DNA of 53,571 bases from a virus (taxonomy: Duplodnaviria > Caudoviricetes): positions 1-53,571 of IMG/VR virus record IMGVR_UViG_3300012816_000027; one strand, written 5' to 3'. Positions 1 through 7,944 of this stretch are shown in pieces. Below the pieces are notes generated by a model. That model worked only from the letters and a program-made list of their open reading frames with translations, did no database searches and was not told where the DNA came from. How positions within the stretch are numbered: position 1 is the stretch's first letter; each line of letters opens with the position of its first letter. The position numbers were made by a program, and so were the translations under genes.

Positions 1-53
1 ACGGCTGCCACCTTGAATTCCGCTGTGTACGATTGTTTCGGTACCTTGAACAT
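1..53 (-). CDS. IS3-family transposase OrfA, N-terminal fragment (partial)
   Basis: Translates MFKVPKQSYTAEFKVAA..., matching the Y(T/S)xEFK..AV start typical of IS3 OrfA HTH proteins. Confidence 0.75.
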   Translation of the reverse strand, partial: MFKVPKQSYTAEFKVAA

Positions 54-123
54 CTCTGATTTCCTTCCTTTCCGTCGATTTTATACAGGACTCGATGGAA
101 GGCGAAATTTCAGGGGAAGCTCA
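1..123 (-). mobile_element. Left end of an IS3-family insertion sequence (continues beyond window start)
   Basis: Minus strand begins TGAGCTTCCCCTG (5'-TG terminus, IS3-like IR) at 123, followed by an RBS and an ORF with an IS3 OrfA-like start. Confidence 0.8.
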
Positions 124-166
124 GCCCCCCCGTGAGTCGAACACGGCACCAACGGATTATGAGTCC
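124..166 (-). repeat. att site copy 1 (tRNA-Ile2 3' half), truncated at its 3' end by the IS
   Basis: 43 bp identical to tRNA positions 52416-52458 (gcccccccgtgagtcgaacacggcaccaacggattatgagtcc). Confidence 0.95.
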
Positions 167-256
167 CTAACGTTCTGCCACTATGAACAACAACGCCCCA
201 CTATATCAGACCTCTTACGGCGTCATCTAACTAGAAATAACTTCAAATATCAGATG

Positions 257-279
257 CCGTTGAACCATCGTTGAACCTT
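257..279 (+). repeat. Putative integrase arm-type site (tandem CGTTGAACC) of the inovirus
   Basis: ccgttgaaccatcgttgaacctt, nearly identical to ccgttgaacctccgttgaacctt at 15381-15403 at the other end of the element. Confidence 0.7.
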
Positions 280-592
280 AGCGATTACCGCCGGCTTTTA
301 TCAGCATTAAGTTCTCAAAGGCTTTTCAATCCGTAAGTAACTCCTGCATTGGATCTGCTTTACCTGTTAAATCAGATGGTTAGCAAAATCTTGTGCTGCA
401 TTGATCCTGCATTAAATCACTATGCTGTTGACGCTTCGTCGACAGTAATTACTCCCTAGTTGTCGCCATGGGTTGCGTCACCCAATGGCTGTCGCAACCC
501 ATGACAGAGGGTATTTTTCCATCGCCGATCAAGGGACTTTCGCGGCATAAACGCGAATAAATTCGCATTTATTCCACGTTCCCTTGACGGGT

Positions 593-3187
593 TCAGCTTT
601 GAACCTCGGATCGGATTTCTGGTTCGACAAAGATCGAATCTACGGCAGCCTCGATTGAATGGTAGATATTGATATCTTCGTCTATCGCTTCAAAAGAAAC
701 AGTCAGCGCGTATTTTGCGTACGCATCGGGATCTTTGTCCCAGCCAGGGTGCCCAATCACCGCTATGCAAAAATCAACAGGAAGTTGGTGGGATTGCAGA
801 ATTACCCAGTCTTTCTGCAAGGTTCCATTACCGCGCTTAACTCCTGGCACAAATCCCCATTCATCTTTCTCTCGGATGGTCCATGGAATCGCTCCCTCGC
901 CATCATCTTGGCGAACGCCGTCTCTCAAAACTCGATTCTCGAACGAATTGAAACTTTCGCCCAGATGGCTACTTCGCCAATCCACCCATGTGGATAAATA
1001 CTGCCGAATGGTCCTTCTTGTACGTCTTGGTTTGGCCACATAAGACAAAGTTACATCAATTCGAACCCTAAAATCGCTGCCCGGAGCTCTAAGTTCTGCT
1101 GGAACTGGAACTTGATAGATTTGTGCTTCTTTGGCTTTCACGCGGTTCTCACCACTCGTAATAAGGGTGACACGATGCTCTGTATTGGAGGTGGCAATAC
1201 CGACGTCGGGCAGCCCGAATCCGATTTGACGAATAGTGCCGTGTTTATCCGGGGCGTTCTCCGCCCATTGTGGCCATCGTGCTGAGTTGGCAATGAGAGC
1301 CCGATATAGCAAGGCCGGTTCAGTTGGAAGGATACGTTGAATTGCTCCTGCGATACTTGCAATTTTGGGTGCAGCGAACGATGTCCCAACATCATCTTTT
1401 GCAGCTAATGCACCGCCGTGCATAGTCGAACGAAGCAAGTCGACGCACACGTCAGGGGGAGTCGTAAGACTAGGGGGAGTACCGCTAACCACGAAGTCTC
1501 CACCATACTCTACAACCTCCGGCTTAACTCCTCCCCAGATCCCAAAACCGGTGGTGGAGAATGCCGATGTTTGATGCTCAGTAGCCAGAGATTTTCTTCC
1601 CATTCCATCATCAAAAGATGCATGCGCAACCGATCCCACTACCAATGCTTGGAGGCTTTCAGAGGGGGATGGGATGCGGGAAGAGGCTTGTACCAGATAG
1701 TCTGGATACGCACGTCCGCTTACGAGGTGATCAATAACACCCAGTCGAAACGGTGCGGCACCAGATTCATGTGGAAGATTGCCGGCAGACTGAATGAAAA
1801 GTACATCGTATTCCCAGCTCAGCCAATCTATAGAGGCTGCCCATGCGGATACATTTCGTAAGCGACACGGGCGGTACGCCGCGATGGAGTGGTTGAATAT
1901 TTTCGTGCGAAGCTCTCCCGTATGGAAATGCTGAACAATTTCTTTAAGGTAGAGAGGCGGATATAGGGCAGATGAAAGCCTATTGCTAGCATCCAAAACA
2001 CGTGCATTCTGTATCCAGAAAGGTGCCGCTATGGTTCCCGACAATGGAATGCCAGTTGGGTAAATGACGGCGCCAGCGACTCTGGTTCCATGTCCACCTG
2101 ACGGCACGTAATCTGCAACATCATTTTGGTCTTCATCTGGAATAAAGCAGCGGGAAGAGGCCCCATGGACCATTGGCGCAAGTAGAGGATGGTTCTCTTG
2201 GATGCCACTATCAATGATACAGATAGCCGGAGCATCGTCTCCGGGTCTTTGGATCTCTACCGCATATTCGGCAGCGGTATCAACGCTTGGCAAGCTAAAG
2301 CTGGACGCATCATCTGGTTCACACACCTCGAATAGATAAGGATAATTAAGGACCAAATCCCTTAATCCTGTACCAGAAATTTTTATCCTCACACTGAAGC
2401 TGTCAGGAAGGGTAAAAGGGCCGAGTCGTGCTTCGTGCAAGATATCTAGGATTTCACCTGAGTACCCTGCTACGAATCTCATTACCTCTGCTTCACGTTC
2501 GATCATGAGATCGTCCCAACCAGCTTCTGCAGCTCTCACCAGCGCACGCCATGTCTCTAGTCGAATCTCAAAATGCTCGCCGCTTTCATTATCTCTCTGC
2601 TCGGGTACCGCAGGAATAGATTGATCCCCTAGACATTCGATTCCAATATCGACTGTATAGAGCTGGGTCTCGGATAGCTCCGCCCAGTGATTAAAAAGTG
2701 ATTCTGAAAGAATGCGCTCCAGTCTCAATTGTTGATTTTCTGGGCCGGCAATTCCATAAATTTTGGCTGCTGTGGTTGCTCCACGGAGCTCGTTGGCAAA
2801 GTCATCAAGTTTAGAAAAGAACGTCGACATATCGCTCTCTTCGCTGGCCACAATAACGAGTCCATCGTCGTGCTCAGCAACAACCTCAAACTTAAAATGT
2901 CTCTGGAGGAAGTCTAGATCTGAATCAGGCTCAACATTAAGGAAGAGTGGGATGTTCGGTGGAATGGCTGGAAGGTTTTGAGCTTCACGCTCTCGCCGAA
3001 CACGGTCCCAAGTTGAGACAGCAGTCTCCCCTGCAGTTTTGAGCAAGGCTTTGTGTTCTCTGCGATGAAGTTTGTTGTAGTCTTCCTGGATGCCCGTATC
3101 GCCTCCACCAGTTAATCTGGCGCGGTTTGCGACGATGAACGGTAATGGGAGATGTGAGAAATCCCCCCTAGTGCTTTGGCCAGCCAT
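593..3187 (-). CDS. ietS: S8 subtilisin-like serine protease, IetS-like
   Basis: Catalytic motifs IIDSG, GHGT, SAGN (oxyanion), GTSFAAP; directly downstream of an AAA ATPase. Confidence 0.88.
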   Translation of the reverse strand: MAGQSTRGDFSHLPLPFIVANRARLTGGGDTGIQEDYNKLHRREHKALLKTAGETAVSTWDRVRREREAQNLPAIPPNIPLFLNVEPDSDLDFLQRHFKFEVVAEHDDGLVIVASEESDMSTFFSKLDDFANELRGATTAAKIYGIAGPENQQLRLERILSESLFNHWAELSETQLYTVDIGIECLGDQSIPAVPEQRDNESGEHFEIRLETWRALVRAAEAGWDDLMIEREAEVMRFVAGYSGEILDILHEARLGPFTLPDSFSVRIKISGTGLRDLVLNYPYLFEVCEPDDASSFSLPSVDTAAEYAVEIQRPGDDAPAICIIDSGIQENHPLLAPMVHGASSRCFIPDEDQNDVADYVPSGGHGTRVAGAVIYPTGIPLSGTIAAPFWIQNARVLDASNRLSSALYPPLYLKEIVQHFHTGELRTKIFNHSIAAYRPCRLRNVSAWAASIDWLSWEYDVLFIQSAGNLPHESGAAPFRLGVIDHLVSGRAYPDYLVQASSRIPSPSESLQALVVGSVAHASFDDGMGRKSLATEHQTSAFSTTGFGIWGGVKPEVVEYGGDFVVSGTPPSLTTPPDVCVDLLRSTMHGGALAAKDDVGTSFAAPKIASIAGAIQRILPTEPALLYRALIANSARWPQWAENAPDKHGTIRQIGFGLPDVGIATSNTEHRVTLITSGENRVKAKEAQIYQVPVPAELRAPGSDFRVRIDVTLSYVAKPRRTRRTIRQYLSTWVDWRSSHLGESFNSFENRVLRDGVRQDDGEGAIPWTIREKDEWGFVPGVKRGNGTLQKDWVILQSHQLPVDFCIAVIGHPGWDKDPDAYAKYALTVSFEAIDEDINIYHSIEAAVDSIFVEPEIRSEVQS

Positions 3188-3242
3188 TGTTCCCCTTTTT
3201 TTCTAATATGAAGGACTACGAGCCGAGAGTCTCAAGACTTAC

Positions 3243-4238
3243 TTACGTTTGTTCCCTCTTGTATAGCTCTGTAATTGCAAACTCCAAATCCTTTTGCGCA
3301 ACAATATCTCGACCGTTCAATACGGTTGTCTTAGCAGCGTCTTGTGCCGCCTTCACGATCTCAGCAGCGGAAAGACCCACTAATTTTTTCACTGTCTGGT
3401 CCCATGAAATACGGGGACTAGTTGTAATGCTTGATAACGTTGTTTTGAGTAGTCGTTCAATCTCTTGCGGCCCAGGCGGAAGTACTTCGAATACATCATC
3501 AAAGCGGCGGAAGAGCGCTTTATCTAATTGCTGGTCTAAATTAGTTGCTGCGACTAGCAGTCCTGGAGCGTCATACTCATCCAATAGTTGAAGTAGCGTG
3601 TTGACCAGTCGAGGAATTTCTCCAACATCATTCTGAGTATTACGAGACTTAGCGATGAAGTCACATTCATCAAGGAATAGCAAACATGGGCGTGACTTCG
3701 CCGATTCAAAGACAGCGCGTAAATTGACCCCCGATTCACCTAAATACGATGAAATCAAAGCGTCAAACCTGACCTTAATTAGAGGTAGGCCTGTTGTCCA
3801 TGCAAGGCGTTCTGCACCCAGAGTTTTTCCGCAACCGGGATGTCCGTATAAGAGAATCTTCTTCTTATGGCGCAAACCAAATTTTGCAAGCCGATCGCGG
3901 GCAGCATATTCTTGCTCGATACGAGCAAAGCGCTCTTCAACTTGCGCAGGCAGAACCATAAAGTGTCGCAGGGTTGCACGTTCCATGCGCACGAGCAACG
4001 GATCTTGGTAGCGACGGCTGGTAGGTAAAGTTTGCATCACCCGCTCATCATCCAGCTTGGGAGCAGAAGGGGGGGGCGATTGCCTTTTAGCTTTGAGAAT
4101 GGTTTCTAGCTGGCTTGCGAGCGCTCCGTGCCCTTTGCTATTTTCTTCTTCGATAATTTTGAGGCACAGTCGATCCAGATCTTTCTCAGAGCCCGTTGCT
4201 ATTGCTTTGAATAGCCGTTTTGTAAGGTCTGCCTTCAT
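3243..4238 (-). CDS. ietA: AAA+ ATPase, IetA-like
   Basis: Walker A GHPGCGKT, SSYLGES, Walker B LLFLDE, AATN, RRFD arginine finger; start moved to ATG at 4238 (MKADL). Confidence 0.88.
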   Translation of the reverse strand: MKADLTKRLFKAIATGSEKDLDRLCLKIIEEENSKGHGALASQLETILKAKRQSPPPSAPKLDDERVMQTLPTSRRYQDPLLVRMERATLRHFMVLPAQVEERFARIEQEYAARDRLAKFGLRHKKKILLYGHPGCGKTLGAERLAWTTGLPLIKVRFDALISSYLGESGVNLRAVFESAKSRPCLLFLDECDFIAKSRNTQNDVGEIPRLVNTLLQLLDEYDAPGLLVAATNLDQQLDKALFRRFDDVFEVLPPGPQEIERLLKTTLSSITTSPRISWDQTVKKLVGLSAAEIVKAAQDAAKTTVLNGRDIVAQKDLEFAITELYKREQT

Positions 4239-4434
4239 ATAGTAGATTCCAGATTGTGACGCCAATGTGCAAATTATCTTCTTCTATATTTTACCCTTTT
4301 GGCTTCTTTTTCTCTCAAGATACCTACAAAGAGAAAATCAAAAGTAGAAGGTGCTGCTGAGCAGGAAGCTTCAAATAACACCCTCTAGTCTCTCAGAATG
4401 TTTCCTTTTTGAAATTTCAAATCAAAAATCCTAG

Positions 4435-5823
4435 TCAACCAAGCGGCTTGGTAAGCTTACTCGCCTTGTCCTGTTCCCAATGAGTAGCGCCACTAACCTC
4501 TACAGTGTCATCAGTTCCTAGCATGAGGGGAGAGTCATAGAATTCCATGAGGTTGGGAATACGGGCGAAGTCCTGTACTGTCTCCGCCCACTGAAAAGTA
4601 TCCTCGAACGGGTAATAGTTTACGGCGTGGATGAGTGTCCCCAGCATCGGCGTTCCTGAACTATCAAAACTTAACAAATTGTCAATATGTTTTTGTCGTC
4701 GCATTTCTTCAACATGAATTCCTTCAACTGATTCGTACCAAATATGTACGACGCCCGGTTTGGTGGGCGGAAACTGGTTTGCCGCGCTGCTGATGAGCCC
4801 CTTGAAATGGCGTGATCTGCGCTCAAGGGAGATCTCGTGGTCGCACCGCCATTGAGCAGCCACGCAATTTTCCACTTCCTCAATAAAAATATTCAGAATT
4901 ACTCCAGGCCCCCCGGGACGATAGATACGTCTGGGAATGGTAGCGATGCTGCGCTTCTCGTTGCTGTCCATGTCACCGAAAACTAGCAATTCATGTTGAG
5001 GGCTATTTGCCCGTACTCGATTTTGCAGATAGTGTTTCTCAAGGGAAGTTCGATCAACGCGGCCCATTTCCAAAGTGAAGGAATCCGTCTTGATTTTTTC
5101 TTCACCGCGTTCGATAGCTGACGCAGCAATTCTAATTACATCATCGGCGGTCACAGCTGCAACTTCGCTGTGAAAAACCAAATGCACGATGCTCCAGGGA
5201 GAGACCTCAAGCAAATACAAACTCAATCGCTCCCAAATTCTCTCCCACGCTTTTATCTCAGCTTGTGAATACTGTGTTTGTTTGTCAGCCCGCTTACACT
5301 CCACATGCATCTCAAAGCCGTCGTAATTCACCAATAAATCTGGAGACTTATCTGTCTTTCCATCGGGCCAGATAATGCTTCTTTCGGGGATGAATGAAAC
5401 GTCAAAGCCGTTTTTTAAATAGAACGACGCTGTGAGCAATTCAAAAAGCTGGGTCTCTGGCTTAACATTGTTGGCCAACATTTTGTCCAGAGCCTGCGCA
5501 ACATTTGGCACCCTTTTTAGTCGTTCTGAGTAGGCACCGATTGCCATAGCGTAAGGATATACTCGGGCGCTGCTGTAGGCACAGTCGCTATACGGAGAGT
5601 CATATGCCAGTTCCGCTACCAAAATATACCAATCAATATCGTCCTCCTGAGGGACGAACAGCTGGGATTCAATAGGAATATTTTTATCAATATTCAATTC
5701 CTTCATTTGGATGCGGCGCACTAGCGCTGATCGTCTTTCTGCCCAAGCCGCTTCGCCTAATCTATCGACCAAAAGTCTCAAAAATGCTTTAGTTCGTGCG
5801 CGTTCGATCAGGCGAGCATCCAT
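4435..5823 (-). CDS. Hypothetical protein with PD-(D/E)XK nuclease-like motif
   Basis: FELLTA...KSPDLLV...HVECKR motif; ATG at 5823 preceded by GGGGA RBS. Confidence 0.65.
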   Translation of the reverse strand: MDARLIERARTKAFLRLLVDRLGEAAWAERRSALVRRIQMKELNIDKNIPIESQLFVPQEDDIDWYILVAELAYDSPYSDCAYSSARVYPYAMAIGAYSERLKRVPNVAQALDKMLANNVKPETQLFELLTASFYLKNGFDVSFIPERSIIWPDGKTDKSPDLLVNYDGFEMHVECKRADKQTQYSQAEIKAWERIWERLSLYLLEVSPWSIVHLVFHSEVAAVTADDVIRIAASAIERGEEKIKTDSFTLEMGRVDRTSLEKHYLQNRVRANSPQHELLVFGDMDSNEKRSIATIPRRIYRPGGPGVILNIFIEEVENCVAAQWRCDHEISLERRSRHFKGLISSAANQFPPTKPGVVHIWYESVEGIHVEEMRRQKHIDNLLSFDSSGTPMLGTLIHAVNYYPFEDTFQWAETVQDFARIPNLMEFYDSPLMLGTDDTVEVSGATHWEQDKASKLTKPLG

Positions 5824-5913
5824 TCGTTTCCCCAGGGATAATTTGTGATTGTTGTTTGAAAATGTGGTGTCGTTCAAATACTGAAGCCAATATTAAAGAT
5901 TGGAGGTTATCTG

Positions 5914-6216
5914 ATGAATCGAGAACCGAAAACGTCTGAAAAAAGTTGCGGTAACGTTTTTATAGATATTGGCTTTCCTCAGCCAGAAGCCATAGTTATG
6001 CATATGCGCATTGAAGTATTAGCGCGAATTATTGGTCGTATTAAGGAACAAGGTTGGACGCATGCCGACGTTGCACATAACTTAGATATATCGCAACGAG
6101 ATGCCCGCAGACTACTAGAAAAAAACGTAGACCCCTTCACCCTAGATATGCTTCTGATCTTTGCTATTCGGTCTGGATTAAGTGCTCGCCTCGAATGGAA
6201 CAGTCCTCGAAAATGA
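5914..6216 (+). CDS. XRE-family HTH protein, HigA-like antitoxin
   Basis: SxGNVFxDIGF N-terminus and GWTHADVAHNLDISQ...FTLDML HTH; GGAGG RBS. Confidence 0.8.
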   Translation: MNREPKTSEKSCGNVFIDIGFPQPEAIVMHMRIEVLARIIGRIKEQGWTHADVAHNLDISQRDARRLLEKNVDPFTLDMLLIFAIRSGLSARLEWNSPRK

Positions 6217-6555
6217 AATTCTTCTTTGAACTTTGCGTGTCGAATTCCAAGCTTCCATTGATATCGTAACGTAACATAAGGTTACGTTACGTTATGGTAC
6301 GTTATGAGTGATCGTGCAATACGCGATCCGATAATCGATTTGTCGCCGAATTAGTCTGTTCTATAAGGCCGATGCGTGCTGTATGCAGAATTCAGATGAC
6401 GAGATGAGCCGAAATGAATACGGCCCACCGAAGTGAGCCGCATCAAATCATCATTCGTCTTGTGGGGGAGGCGACTACCATAGGAGGCCGCCCGCTTGTC
6501 CTCAAGCACACAAAGACATTATCCCACTATTTCATTCGCGGTTCTCATCTTGTCG

Positions 6556-7944
6556 CTAAATTCCTGTGGAGTCGGGTTTCACCGTAAGGAGAAGAAGGAT
6601 TTCAGTGTCGTTCCGCGTGAATTGATCCCCGATCTTGAACCCAAAGAATGATTGTTTACTCGTGGTCTGATTATTCGCATTCAGGCCTCCGATGACATAC
6701 ACAACACCTGGTCGCATCATCAGGTCCGCTACCAGATCTCGTTTCAATATAGATGGGTTGGAATTCGGCGAAGGTACGAAATCACTTACCGTTTCGTGCA
6801 AACTAACGTCTACAGCGTCACCACGTACTAGAGGTGTCACCTGGAACGTTACACCTGCAGTCACGTTAATCAACGACTGTAAGGACTGCCCACTAGCGTT
6901 AATAGTAATCGGCCCAGGAACCATCACGTCTTGGCCCGTAGTGAACACCACTTGCTGGCCACTTCGCGCCAGCACCTTTGGCCGCGAAACGGAGCGAAAA
7001 TGCGAATCATCGTCCAGCAATGAAAGTACGGCACTAAAGTCAGGTGTCGTAAACGAAAGAGTGTTGTAGACCGCCGCCGAGGTCGAACTCACTACCGACG
7101 ATGAACTGGTGCTCGAAGTTGTAGCGCCACCGCCTAACGACACGCCAAACTTAGAACCAAATAGTTTTAACGCTGCAGTAACTGCACTCCCACGAGAAGA
7201 GCCCGATTGATACTCGTAAAGACCAGCGCTAATTTCGACCTGCTGATAAGGAACGTCTAAGATTTGGAGCAATTCACGAACGGCTTTCGCCTCGGCTGGT
7301 GGTCCATAGAAAATCAAGGACTCAACTGCCTTTGAAGTAATAGATGCTCCGTTGCTCCCAGTTTCTGGTACCTGCTGGCTTCCGGCTGCGGTTCCAGTAC
7401 CAGAAACCGTGACATTTGACACCCTACGTTGGTGTGCAAAAGAACCTTTATGAAATGCTAGTGCGCACTGGTCTGCCAACTCCACAGGATCACGAAAACG
7501 AGGCCTGAAGATAAATTGTTCCCAATCTTTGCGCTCATCCGCTTGCTGATTCTTTTTAACGACATCGTAAGCACCATGATTTTCAAAGCCTAGACCAGCG
7601 CGGCTGACTGCATCCAGAATCATCGATTTCGCGTCAGAACAAGTGAGCGATTGGGCCTTAATAAGAACAGAGTCATCCGATTTAGAGACTTGGGGGTCAA
7701 AAATAAGCCCTCGCTTTTCACATTGATCGTAATAGAGCAAGATCATCTGTGACACCGGAAGAGAATCAGAATACAGAGAGAAGGTCAATTTTGCCGAAGA
7801 CGGTGGCACCGTTTGAGGCTTTGCAGAAATAGGCCATGGATAACCTGGGAGTGGATCGCTTAGCTTCAGAGCGCCGGGCATACTTTCGCCATATGAAAAT
7901 GCCGCCAGCGAAAAAAGGATTGATGCAGCAAACATATTCTTCAT
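6556..7944 (-). CDS. Secretin (inovirus pIV / type II-III secretion secretin family)
   Basis: Signal peptide, LDVPYQQVEI, SRPKVLARSGQ...FTTG, GVTFQVTP, IGGL, TEILLLL secretin motifs. Confidence 0.88.
   Translation of the reverse strand: MKNMFAASILFSLAAFSYGESMPGALKLSDPLPGYPWPISAKPQTVPPSSAKLTFSLYSDSLPVSQMILLYYDQCEKRGLIFDPQVSKSDDSVLIKAQSLTCSDAKSMILDAVSRAGLGFENHGAYDVVKKNQQADERKDWEQFIFRPRFRDPVELADQCALAFHKGSFAHQRRVSNVTVSGTGTAAGSQQVPETGSNGASITSKAVESLIFYGPPAEAKAVRELLQILDVPYQQVEISAGLYEYQSGSSRGSAVTAALKLFGSKFGVSLGGGATTSSTSSSSVVSSTSAAVYNTLSFTTPDFSAVLSLLDDDSHFRSVSRPKVLARSGQQVVFTTGQDVMVPGPITINASGQSLQSLINVTAGVTFQVTPLVRGDAVDVSLHETVSDFVPSPNSNPSILKRDLVADLMMRPGVVYVIGGLNANNQTTSKQSFFGFKIGDQFTRNDTEILLLLTVKPDSTGI

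Noticed and set aside
425-587. Retron msr-msd or integron attC
   Set aside because: No reverse transcriptase or integron integrase nearby and no RYYYAAC/GTTRRRY boundaries
6265-6306. dif-like XerCD integration site of the inovirus
   Set aside because: Only taacataa matches the XerD arm, there is no XerC arm, and the element has its own integrase with tRNA att sites
6379-6395. LexA box (ctgtatgcagaattcag)
   Set aside because: CTG-N11-CAG spacing, one base too long for the CTG-N10-CAG consensus
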